From the NCBI GenBank assembly GCA_964016885.1, contig CAXHJY010000837.1, forward strand, positions 1-64,000: a stretch of 64,000 nucleotides of DNA. The letters are read 5' to 3'. The notes under the pieces are model-generated. The model was not told the origin of the DNA. It saw only the letters and a list, made by a program, of their open reading frames with translations, and did not search any database. The stretch comes from Eledone cirrhosa (taxonomy: Eukaryota). How positions within the stretch are numbered: position 1 is the stretch's first letter; the number at the start of each line of letters is the position of its first letter. A program made the position numbers and the translations under genes. Of the stretch, positions 1 to 14,028 are shown in pieces.

Positions 1-80
1 ATATATATATATATATATACACATATATATATATATATATATACACATATATATATATACACATATATATATATATACAC

Positions 81-111
<31 letters not shown>

Positions 112-144
112 TATATATATATATATAAACATATATATATATAT

Positions 145-217
<73 letters not shown>

Positions 218-274
218 TATATATATATATACACATATATATATATATATATACACATATATATATATATATAT

Positions 275-353
<79 letters not shown>

Positions 354-364
354 TATATATATAT

Positions 365-432
<68 letters not shown>
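1..432. repeat. (TA)n/(TACA) microsatellite
   Basis: Direct reading. Confidence 0.99.
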
Positions 433-434
<2 letters not shown>

Positions 435-766
435 CATCATTTCATTTCATTTTACGTCCGCTTTTTCCCTGCTTGCAAGGGTGGGACGGGAACTGATTCT
501 GGCTTGATTTCTACAGCTGGATGCCCTTCCTAACACCAACCTCATTTACAGTGAGTGCTGGGTGCTTTTTTTGCCATGGCACCTCCATGACCACTTTGCA
601 GTGGAATGATATGGACCCCAGTCCCTATCATCTCATTTCTACAGCTGAGTAAACTGGAGCAATGTGAAATAAAGTGTCTTGCTCAAGGAAACAACACAAC
701 ACCCGGTCTGAGAATTGAACTCACAACATTTCGATTGCAAGGCCAATGCTCTAACCACTAAGCCAT
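433..766 (-). mobile_element. tRNA-derived SINE, family 1
   Basis: Box A TGGCTTAGTGGT, box B GAGTTCAATTC, shared body and (GAT)n-type tail. Near-identical to copies at 13692 and 30391. Confidence 0.9.
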
Positions 767-796
767 ATGTATATATATATATACATATATATATAC

Positions 797-829
<33 letters not shown>

Positions 830-964
830 CACATATATATATATATATACATATATATACACACATATATATATATATACATATATACATATATATACAT
901 ATATACATATATATACATATATATATATATATATACATATATACATATACATATATATATACAT

Positions 965-999
<35 letters not shown>

Positions 1000-1007
1000 C
1001 ATATATA
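767..1007. repeat. (TA)n microsatellite
   Basis: Direct reading. Confidence 0.98.
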
Positions 1008-3149
<2,142 letters not shown>

Positions 3150-3180
3150 CATATATATATTTATTAAAATAACAGATTAA

Positions 3181-3231
3181 AGTTTAAGCAAAGAATCGCT
3201 GCTTTCACCCTTAACGGGATCTTCTGAAACT
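3181..3231 (-). ncRNA. Type I hammerhead ribozyme-like motif (non-canonical U4A) in a Penelope-associated terminal fragment
   Basis: AGUUU-CAGAAGA-UCCCguuaaGGGU-GAAA-GCA...UGC-UU-AAACU. Stems I, II and III can form; the core differs from CUGANGA at one base. Confidence 0.55.
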
Positions 3232-3319
3232 AACAAAGTCAATCTGTAAACGCAGAACTGGATATTTCAAAAAACGTTTCAACCGGAGCAAGACAGGAAG
3301 ACGATACATATATATATAC

Positions 3320-3354
<35 letters not shown>

Positions 3355-3366
3355 CATATATATATA

Positions 3367-5826
3367 GACGAAGTCTGTGGCTGGAGCAATCCTGTAGGTA
3401 GGAGGAGAGTAACATGGTGCTGGAACAGTAAGGTGGAGGAGTCAATTAAGGCCAAAAAGCAGGCTTGGAAAGCATGGCTGGATGGGGGAAGTAGAAAAGA
3501 CTATCAAGTGGCCAGGAGGGAAGCTAGGAGACAAGTGTAATTCGCAAGAAGGGAAGCAGAGGAAAGAAAGTTCAAGCATGTTCTACAACGTGAGGACCAA
3601 AAACGTGAGGTGTTCAGGATTGCTAGGCAATGTGTCAAGGAAAACCGTGATATTGTCGGGGAGAAGTGTGTACTTAATGATGATGGCGTACTTGCTGGAA
3701 GTGTCACTACGAAAGGCTTATAAATGAGGAGAATAAATGGGAGAAAGACAGTCTCCCCCACATCGACCCAATAGAGGGACCAGCAGTGTTAGTCGAAGAT
3801 AGTATAATAAGTAAGGCAATCAAAGATATGAAGACGGGTAAGGCGGCTGGGCCTTCGGAAATAGTTGCTGAGATGCTGAAAGCCTCTGGAATGGTGGGGC
3901 ACACCATGGTCATCCAGATAGTAAACCAAGTCATACAGAATGGGGTTGTTCCGAAGGACTGGCGTAGCAGCATCATCATTAACTGTTACAAGGGTAAAGG
4001 AGATGCCCTAGATAGGAGTAACTATAGAGGCATTAAATTAATCGACCAGGTCATGAAGGTCACGGAAAAAGTAATAGCGCAACTAATCAGAGAGAGAATT
4101 GATCTAGATGAAATGCAGTTCGGGTTTGTGTCAGGCAAAAGTACCACAGACGCTCTTTTCATTGTACGACAACTACAGGAGAAGTACCTAGCTAAAAGTA
4201 AACCCCTATACTTAGCTTTTGTTGACTTGAAGAAAGCCTTCGACAGAGTCCCCCGTTCCATTATCTGGTGGGCTCTTAGAAAACTAGGTGTTGACGAATG
4301 GCTTGTGAGAGCTATACAAGCCATGTATAAAGAAACAGTCAGCAAGGTTAGAATTAACAACGAATATAGTGAAGAGTTTAGTGTAAAAGTTGGTTTTCAT
4401 CAGGGCTCTGTTCTTAGCCCCCTACTATTTATTATTGCCCTTCAGGCCATAACAGTGGAGTTCAAGACCGGCTGCCCATGGGAACTCCTATACGCAGATG
4501 ATCTAACGCTCATAGCTGAATCAATGGCCGAGCTAGAGAAGAAATTCCAAACATGGAAGCACAGCCTAGAATCAAAAGGCCTTAAAATTAACCTGGCTAA
4601 GACTAAAGTTCTAGTTTGTAGGAAAGAAAATAAGGCGCCGGTCCCTTCTGGGAAATGGCCATGCTCAGTGTGTAGGAAAGGCGTAGTTAGAAACTCCATT
4701 TTATGTCCCAAATGCAAAGTATGGGTGCATAAAAGATGTAGTGGGATGACAGGTAAGCTAACTAAGAACATAGATTTTACATGTGGCCGGTGCTCTGGTG
4801 CAATAAGTGCCCACAAAATACTAGCTCTTTCAATTGCGCAGAGGGTTCTATAGAAATAGTGGACAGCTTCCGTTACCTGGGTGACAAAATCAGCAGTGGG
4901 GGAGGGTGCTTTGAAAGTACAGTAGCTAGAGTCAGAACTAGATGGAAAAAGTTCAGAGAGCTTATACCACTATTAGCCGCTAAAGGGTTCTCCCTAAAAA
5001 TGAAAGGCAGGTTGTATGATGCCTGCATACGAACAGCAATGTTGCATGGCAGTGAGACCTGGGCATTGTGTGCAGAGGATATACGCAGACTAGAGAGGAA
5101 CGAAGCTTGCATGCTCCGCTGGATGTGTAATAGTAATATATGTGAACGGCAAAGCATAAACGAACTAAGGGAAAAATTAGAAATAAGAGGGATCAGATGT
5201 TGTTTACTCGAGAGAAGGCTACGTTGGTATGGTCACGTGATGCGCATGAAAGGTGACAGCTGTATAAAAAAGTGCAGGGCAATAAAGATAGACGGTAGCC
5301 ACGGAGTAGGCAGACCCAGAAAAACCTGGGACGACCTGATAAATTCCGACCTCACACACTTACACCTCTCCAAGACAATGTCACTGGACCGAGATCTTTG
5401 ACGGTACTCAGTAATAGAGAAGACCCGCCTGGCCTAAATACAAAGTCAACCTACTACAGACAGTAGGCATCTCTAACAAAATACGCCCGTCACACCACCC
5501 CCACCCCATCCACACCGCCCCTTTCAATGTAAAGTTACGTTGGTACCACAACATCCAGTCCGAAACAAATGAGGTTGTGTAGGTGTGACGACAAAAAAAA
5601 CACACAGCCCACGCTGTAATGTGGCCGTGTAGGTAACACGGTAAAAACCTCCCAGTCCCACACTGTAAATGTGGTTGGTGTTAGGAAGGGCATCCAGCTG
5701 TAGAAAACCCGCCAGACAGTCCTATGCGAGCAAGACAACCACTCTTGCCTCAAGTGGGAAAACTCCCGGCCAAACCCATGCAAGCGTGGAACATGGACGT
5801 TAAACGATGATGGTGATGATGATGAT
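3367..5826 (+). mobile_element. RTE-clade LINE, 5'-truncated (subfamily A), with frameshifts
   Basis: ORFs 3786-4853 and 4781-5401 with RT motifs, 3' UTR and (GAT)n tail. Confidence 0.95.
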
Positions 5827-5868
5827 ATATATATATATATATATACATATATTATTTACATATATATA

Positions 5869-7681
5869 TCATCATCATCATCGTTTAACGTCCATCTTCC
5901 ATGCTTGTATGGGTTTGGACAAGAGTTTTCCCACTTGAGGCAAGAGTGATTATCTTGCTCGCATAGGACTGTCTGACAGGTTTTCTACAGTTGGATGCCC
6001 TTCCTAACACCAACCACATTTACAGTGTGGGGCTGGGAGGTTTTTACCGTGTTGCCTACACGGCTACATTACAGCGTGGACTGTGTTTTTTTGTCGTGAC
6101 ACCTACACGATCTCATTTGTTTCGGCCTGGATGGTGTGGCACCAACATAACTTTACATAGAAGGGGGCGGTGTGGATGGGGTGGGGGTGGTGGGACGGGG
6201 GTGTATTTTGTTAGAGATGCCTACTGACTGTAGTAGGTTTTACTATGTATTTAGGTAAGGCGGGTCTTCTCTATTACTGAGTACCGCCAAAGGTCTCGGT
6301 CCAGTGACATTGTCTTGGAGAGGTGTAAGTGTGTGAGGTCGGAGTTTATCAGCTCGTCCCAGGTTTTTCTAGGTCTGCCTGTTCCGTGGCTACCGTCTAT
6401 CTTTATTGCCCTGCACTTTGTTATACAGCTATCGTCTTTCATGCGCATCACGTGTCCATACCAACGTAGCCTTCTCTCGAGTAAACAACATCTGATCCCT
6501 CTTATTTCTAATTTTTCCCTTAGTTCGTTTATGTTTTGCCGTTCACATATATTACTATTACACATCCAGCGGAGCATGCAAGCTTCGTTCCTCTCTAGTC
6601 TGCGTATATCCTCTGCACACAATGCCCAGGTCTCACTGCCATGCAACATTGCTGTTCGTATGCAGGCATCATACAACCTGCCTTTCATTTTTAGGGAGAA
6701 CCCTTTAGCGGCTAATACTGGTATAAGCTCTCTGAACTTTTTCCATCCAGTTCTGACTCTAGCTACTGTACTTTCAGAGTACCCTCCCCCACTGCTGATT
6801 TTGTCACCCAGGTAACGGAAGCTGTCCACTATTTCTATAGAACCATCTGCGCAGTTGAAAGAGCTAGTATTTTGTGGGCACTTGCTGCTACTTATTGCAC
6901 CAGAGCACCGGCCACATGTGAAATCTATGTTCTTAGTTAGCTTACCTGTCATCCCACTACATCTTTTATGCACCCATACTTTGCATTTCTGACACAAAAT
7001 GGAGTTTCTACCTACGCCTTTCCTACACACTGAGCATGGCCACTTCCCGGAAGGGACCGCCGCCTTATTTTCTTTCCTACAAACTAGAACTTTGGTCTTA
7101 GCCAGGTTAATTTTAAGGCCTTTTGATTCTAGGCCGTGCTTCCATGTTTGGAATTTCTTCTCTAGCTCAGCCATTGATTCAACTATGAGTGTTAGGTCGT
7201 CTGCGTATAGGAGTTCCCATGGGCAGCCGGTCTTGAACTCCTCTGTCATAGCCTGAAGGGCAATAATAAATAGTAGGGGGCTGAGAACAGAGCCCTGATG
7301 GACGCCAACTTTTACGCTAAACTCTTCACTATATTCGTTGTTAATTCTAACCTTGGTGACTGTTTCTTTATACATGGCTTGTATAGCTCTCACAAGCCAT
7401 TCGTCGACACCTAGTTTTCTAAGAGCCCACCAGATAATGGAACGGGGGACTCTGTCGAAGGCTTTCTCCAAGTCGACAAAAGCTAAGTATAGGGGTTTAC
7501 TTTTAGCTAGGTACTTCTCCTGTAGTTGTCGTACAATGAAAAGAGCGTCTGTGGTACTTTTGCCTGACACAAACCCGAACTGCATTTCATCTAGATCAAT
7601 TCTCTCTCTGATTAGTTGCGGTATTACTTTTTCCGTGACTTTCATGACCTGGTCGATTAATTTAATGCCTCTATAGTTACT
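5869..7681 (-). mobile_element. RTE-clade LINE, 5'-truncated (subfamily A)
   Basis: ORF 6251-7645 with YADD; 3' UTR and tail. Followed at 7681-7740 by a plus-strand RTE 3' terminus. Confidence 0.95.
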
Positions 7682-7739
7682 CCAAACCCATACAAGCGTG
7701 GAACACGGACGTTAAACGTTGATGATGATGATGATGATG

Positions 7740-7854
<115 letters not shown>

Positions 7855-8605
7855 AAGTTTGGGATTTTGCTGGAAGGGAGGAAGGGATTGGATGGGAGCT
7901 CAGCAAAGGGTGTAGGAGATGGATTTATGTTGGTCTTGGTCTTCCATGTCTGAAATAAAGAGGAGCGCTTGCATGCTCGCCCCGAGACGGGAGGTGAATT
8001 TATCTTTGTCATTGTGAGTGTTCAGGTTCTCCAACTATCATAGCAAACAACACCTAGATCTAAGCTTAAGAAGTAGCGGCCTTGCGACAGAGATTATTAG
8101 AAACCTTACTATAAAACCGCTGAGTTTTGATTGGACCAAATAACTATAGTAGTGAGTGGGGTGGGCGGGAGGGAAAAGGGTGACTTCCGGAAGGCAAACA
8201 TACGTAGCCAACATGGGAGAGACTGGAAAAATATAAACAACAGGCAAACATAATGGATTTTTTAATGAGAAGACTTAATTCTAGAATCAACTGGCTAAAT
8301 GGATGGAGAGGTAGGAGTGAATACTGAAAGTTCTACATTACGGAATCCACCACAGTGTAAGAAAACCAGGTAGAATCCACTTCGGTTACACAACTGAAGT
8401 ATACTCTACATCAGCGTTCAGAAGGAGGAGGGGGGACAATGTCATGGCGATGAACATGTAATAACCAACGTGAGAGAATGAAAAAACAAAAACAATGATG
8501 GCGAACTTAACAGATTTTATAATGAGAAAACTTAAACATATTGGTTCACAATCACTACTTGCCCCAGAATACCAGAAAATGTTGGGAAGTAACGCATTGT
8601 ATTAC

Positions 8606-8672
8606 CTGATAATTGATTGCAGCAGACAAACTCTCAGCATCTTCATCTTGTTCAAAACTTTTCTCATCAAGT
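8606..8672 (-). CDS. ZCRB1: ZCRB1 coding exon 5
   Basis: Acceptor tttcctcag, (E)LDEKSFEQDEDAESLSAAINYQ, donor GTAAT. Phase matches exon 4 and resembles vertebrate 'DSLSQAIAFQ'. No terminal exon found in the window. Confidence 0.88.
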
Positions 8673-9368
8673 CTGAGGAAATTACATAATTACATTACAA
8701 AGTTAAAATCTAAGTGATGTTTGTATTATTTCTACAACAACAGCAATGACATTTTATAAACTTCATTATCAATGTTATTGTCGTTTCTTACTTTAAATCA
8801 CAGATGAAAATTTCAATTGAACTTACCCAGACTTTTTAACTTTCAAAACTGTTTTTATCCATAAGATTATAATTGTATTGTATTTAACTTTGGTCTTCCT
8901 ATACCACTTTTTAATTGAAATTAATCACATAACTCTTTCATTACCATATTTCTAATGAAATATACTGCCTATGAATTTCAATTAATTTTGAAAATAACAA
9001 AAACAATTTGGAGGCACTTAATAAAACAACTAAGATTTTCATTAGTAAGCTGATATTTGGAGCATTACTTAGCAAAAATTTATAAGATAAAGTTACAACG
9101 AAAGGTTTAAATATATATTTAAATAATTTAAAATGAGTCATTTTTATCATAAATTCAGGACAGTTTCAGGCAGTTTGAAATCAAAAGGGCTTAAAAATTA
9201 CAAAAATAAATTCTAGAGTCAATGCTTAGCTTCAGTTTCACGGCTTTTCCAAACTATAAGAATTCACAATCAGTTAGCAGATCATCCAGTTTAACCTGAA
9301 CAATGTATTCCTCCCAAACAACAATAGTGATGGAATCAGATGTAATTAAAAATTAAACAATGTCTTAC

Positions 9369-9475
9369 TCATCATCATCATCCTCTTCAGAAAATTTCTT
9401 CCGCTTTTTCTTTGCAGGTTGTTCTCTATCACCCAGGAGGTTGCTTGGACATTTGTAACTCAAGTGACCCTCCTC
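9369..9475 (-). CDS. ZCRB1: ZCRB1 coding exon 4 (rest of CCHC knuckle, Lys-rich and acidic tracts)
   Basis: Acceptor ttttaccag, [35 protein letters not shown], donor GTAAG. Completes [14 protein letters not shown]. Confidence 0.95.
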
Positions 9476-10180
9476 CTGGTAAAACAAACAAAACATGTGC
9501 CGATATTAATGTGTGTGTTTATGTATATTAGGCAGCACAAGTGTATACACTCAATTCCATATACATAACTGTCAAAGTATGTAGAGGCAGCAAATTAGAA
9601 CGTCGTACTACTTTGCATTATTCGTTCTAGCTCACTGTGTTCAAAATTCACAAGATCAACTTTGCTTTTCATCTTTTCAAGGTTGATAAAAGAAATACCA
9701 GCCCAGTCCTGGGGTCAATTCTTCCTCTATATCTCCTTCTCACTGTCACTCTCTTTCTCTCTCCATCCTTGGAATAAATCAGCTGTGTTCAGACCTGAAG
9801 AAGGATGAGTTTTGCCAGGTTTTAAAATGCACAAGACATGTATGTCACTACGATGTTCCAACAACTCTATTAGATGTTACAGATTCATACATTCAATGTT
9901 TGTAAAGAAAATCAAAAAGATAATTAAAGACATAGATCCTGAAACACAACAATAACACTAGATATAAAACACAACACACTGACAACTTTCAATCAATACA
10001 TGGTAGATATAACAACTATACATTGGTGATTTCTACTTTATATTATCATCATCCTTTTATGTCTGTTTTTTCACACTTGCATGGGTTGGATGGGTCTTTT
10101 CAAGCATACCTCCACCTATTGCATTCTTTTCTCATTCCCTCTGAGAGGGAATTTTGAAATCCGCTCTCACCACCACATCA

Positions 10181-10340
10181 TATATAGCTGATAAAGTTAA
10201 ACATAATACATTGGCAATTTCCACTTATATAGTAGACAAGGTTAAACATAATAGATTAGCAATTTCCACTTATATGGCAGACAAAGCTAAATGCAACACA
10301 CTTCATTGCAACTTCCACCTGATATATGATAGACAAAGCT
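10181..10340. repeat. Degenerate ~45 bp tandem repeat (~3.5 copies)
   Basis: Repeating tatatagtagacaaggttaaacataata...gcaatttccact. Confidence 0.75.
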
Positions 10341-10432
10341 ACAAGGCATGAAATGGCCATTTTAAATCTGGGAGAGCCCATTCTTCTCCAGGTTTCAACA
10401 TAGTCAATTTCTTCCAGAAAGCTGTTGCTTAG

Positions 10433-11682
10433 GGGGTGGTAAAGAAGGGAAGGTGAGGTGCAAAAGACAGGGAGTAAACAAAGTATCAAATTACACTTTA
10501 TTTACCAATCTTGGTCAGGGACATGCAGCAGCCACGAATCAGATGACACAATAGCTAAAAGTAAAATAAAAGGGGAATCAGTGCCGAATGAGTCTCAACA
10601 CGTTTCTTTGTGTCACTACTCCGAAAACCAACAACAAAAAAATGTCTGCTGAATATTTCAAAAATAAGTGCCAGGCTCTTCAGGAAGAACTCAATGTAAG
10701 TAATGTTCCATTTACCAGGCTATAATTATTGTGGTCCTTTCAGTGATACAAAAAAAGAATCCTGTAAATGATTTAGATGCTGCATGTCAAAAACACAATT
10801 TATAAGCTTACAAGGATACATGTGCGCCTGTAACTCAGCTTTAGTCATCGAAGCATGCAAGTCTTCATAAGGTATCTGCATGCATCTGTGTTGTATCTTC
10901 AAATTTGTGTATGTCGCGTTAGCTGGATTTATAATGTAAGTCGCCATGTCTATTGTCGTATCAAATGCATCTAAGTAATGAAAAAGCGTCCTACAAAATC
11001 GCTTAGTCACTCGGATTGTTGACTCCCACCGACGGAGGACTGTCCAATGTTATTGTCACTCCTGCTTACCGCAGGTCCTACATGAGGTTCCTCCACGGTT
11101 ATCTGTTCGTTGTCTTCGTCTGCTATCTCGCTGTGCTCTATCTTCGATCCTCTAGCTTCTCTAGCTCGTTTTCTAGTTGTTTGTGGCATTCGTAGAAGTC
11201 TGTCTAAAATGTTATTAGTAAATTTGTTGAAGTATGTCTTTCCTTTTATAATGTAATGAACTACTTTAGATGGTATTTATGTTTTCGATGTCTTGTAGCA
11301 GTTGATTGTTTGCATCTAATGTTGTATGTTCGGCTCAACATATAAATTGTGTTTTTGACATGCATCTAAAACATTTACAAAATTTTTTTTGTATCACTGA
11401 AAGGACCACAATAATTATAGCCTGGTAAATGGAACATTACTTACATTGAATTTTTCCTGAAGAACCTGGCACTTATTTTTGAAATATCCAGCAGACATTT
11501 TTTTTTGTTGTTGGTTTTCGAAGTGGTGACACAAAGAAACGTGTTGAGACTCATTCCCCTTTTAGCTATTGTGTCATCTGATTCGTGGCTGCTGCGTGTC
11601 TCTAGATTGGTAAATAAAGTGTAATTTGATACTTTGTTTACTCCCTATCTTTTGCACCTCACCTTCCCTTCTTTACCACCCC
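10433..11682 (-). other. Candidate endogenous parvovirus/densovirus VP (PLA2 plus capsid) relic with long inverted arms
   Basis: Inverted arms at 10433-10804 and 11341-11682. Each carries MFHLPGYNYCGPF...; the left arm continues PVNDLDAACQKH and the right arm has the variant FVNVLDACQKH. The minus strand continues DANNQLLQDI, MPQTTRKRAR...GQSSVGG, KRFCRTLFHYL, QIPYEDLHASMTKAELQ with frameshifts and stops. Confidence 0.65.
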
Positions 11683-11842
11683 ACAACCTGCTGTAAGACT
11701 CTGGAGATAGAAAAACATTGTCTCTCTTGGGTGGCTCGAGTAGAGTCTACAAAGTAAATGGTTATGTGTTTTCCACCACAAGAATCATGATGATTGAGAA
11801 GAAAGAAGAGAACAACAACACTAAGAAATGTCTAATACATAC

Positions 11843-11950
11843 CCCACATTCATAGCAATGACTTTTATCCTTATAAATCTTTCTTCGTATGAATTCAGGA
11901 GTGCGTCCATTGTCTTTAGCAATGTTACAAGAAAGTGTTCGACCAAACAT
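11843..11950 (-). CDS. ZCRB1: ZCRB1 coding exon 3 (end of RRM, start of CCHC knuckle)
   Basis: Acceptor ccttccgcag, MFGRTLSCNIAKDNGRTPEFIRRKIYKDKSHCYECG (108 nt), donor GTATGT. Confidence 0.96.
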
Positions 11951-12014
11951 CTGCGGAAGGAATACATTTTCAGCATTTTGGTAACTATTTTCACAGATGA
12001 AAATGATATTTAAA

Positions 12015-13691
12015 AATATGAGGAAAATGTATGAGAAGAAGATAGCCTCCCCCAGTTGGACCCTACAGAGGGACCAGTGGTACAAGTTAGTAGCAGTGTA
12101 GTAAGTAAAGCAATTAAAGACATGAAAACAGGCAAAGCAGCGGGGCCATCGGGAATAGTTGCTGAGAGGCTGAAAGCATCTGGGATGGTAGGACACACTA
12201 TAACCACTTAAATTGTTAACCAAGTAATACAAAATGGTGCTATACCCAATGACTGGCATAGCATCATCATCAACAACTGCTACAAGGACAAAGGTGATAC
12301 ACTAGACAGTGGAACTATTGTGGTATCAAACTAATGGACCAGGTCATGAAAGTTACAGAGAGAGTCATTGTACAACTGATTAGGGAACAAATTAACTTAG
12401 ATGTGATGCAGTTCAGATTTGTGCTAGGAAAAAATATCACAGATGCCAGCTTCCTTGTGAGGCAACTGCAGAAGTATTTAGCTAAAAGCAAATCATTCTA
12501 TTTTGTCGACCTAGAGAAAGCTTTTGACAGAGTTCCCCATTCTGTAATCTGGTGGGCACTTAGAAAACTAGTAGAAGAGTGGCTAGTGAGAGCAGCAGTA
12601 CAAGCCATGTACAGAGATGCTGTCAATAAGGTTAAAGTTAACAATGACTATAGTGAAGAGTTTAGTGTGCAAGTTGGGGTGCACCAAGATTCAGTCCTTA
12701 GCCCTCTCCTGTTTATTATCATCCTCCAGGCTATAACAGAAGAGTTTAAAACATGATGCCCTAGGGAATTCCTGTCTGATGATGATCTAACTCTAATAGC
12801 AGAATCTGTGACAGAATTAGAGAAAAAATTCCTGACCTGGAAGCAAAACGTCTTAAAGTCAACTTGCCAAAGACCCTAGTTCTAGTAAGTAATAATGAAA
12901 GCAAAGTCCTGATCCCTTCTGAGAAATGGCCCTGCTCAATGTGAGAGAAAGGAGTGGATAGAAATTCCATCCTCTGTCCAAATGCAAGCTATGGGTACAC
13001 AAGAGATGTAGTGGGATCTCAGGTTGGTTAGCTAAGAATGTAGGTTTTACTTGTGGTCATTGCACAGGAGCAGTAAATAACAAACACTGTTAGATGGTAG
13101 TGAGACTTGGGCATGTGTGCAAAGGATCTGCGTAGATTGGAAAGAAATGTAGCTTGAATGCTTCGATGGATATGTAATAGTAATATAAATTAAAGGAAAA
13201 GCATAACTGAACTGAGAGAGAAACCTGGCATAAGAGGGATTAGATGCAGTGTCGCAGGAGAAGAGATTGCGTTGGTATGGACATGTGTTGCATATGCTGG
13301 ATGACAGCTGTATAAAAAGATGCAGGGCGCTCAAGGTTGATGGAAGCTATGGAGTAGGAAGACTTGGGATGAAGTGATAAAAGCCGATCTTGCACAATTA
13401 CACCTCTCAAGGGCGATGACACAGGATCAAAATCTATGGCATTATGCAGTAATACAGAAAACCCACCTCATGTGCACGGGTTGAAGCATACGTCTAATAT
13501 GCACTACTCTCTCTTACAATATAACTCCAACGTTTAAACAACCCTCACCTGACAAGTGCTCCACCCTAGATCTATCGCTCTAATCCCCATGTACCTCCCC
13601 CACCCAGCCTACACTATAAAGTGGTCGAGTAGGTGCCATGACAAAAAGCACCCAGTCCACACTGTAAATGTGGTTGGCATTAGGACGAGCA
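12015..13691 (+). mobile_element. Decayed RTE LINE in ZCRB1 intron 2 (3' UTR resumes at ~14030-14163)
   Basis: ORF 12334-12756 ([22 protein letters not shown]) with multiple stops and indels. Confidence 0.9.
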
Positions 13692-14028
13692 TAATGGAGG
13701 CACATGGCTTAGTGGTTAGAGCATTGGCCTTGCAATCGAAAGGTTGTGAGTTCAATTCTCAGACCGGGTGATGTGTTGTTTCCTTGAGCAAGACACTTTA
13801 TTTCACATTGCTCCAGTTTACTCAGCTGTAGAAATTAGATGATAGGGACTGGGGTCAATATCATTCCACTGCAAAGTGGTCCTGGAGGTGCCAAAAAAGC
13901 ACCCAGCACTCACTGTAAATGAGGTTGGTGTTAGGAAGGGCATCCAGCTGTAGAAATCAAGCCAGAATCGGTTCCCGTCCCACCCTTGCAAGCAGGGAAA
14001 AGCGGACGTAAGATGATGATGATGATGA
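13692..14028 (+). mobile_element. tRNA-derived SINE, family 1, nested in an RTE 3' UTR
   Basis: Full head-body-tail copy matching 433-766 and 30391-30728. Confidence 0.9.

Noticed and set aside
7860-8600. Candidate location for the last ZCRB1 exon
   Set aside because: No acceptor plus frame resembling the expected ...YFSDEE C-terminus was found.
13695-13770. tRNA-like sequence with A/B boxes and a TTGCAAT loop
   Set aside because: Anticodon and acceptor stems do not pair; it is the head of a multi-copy SINE.
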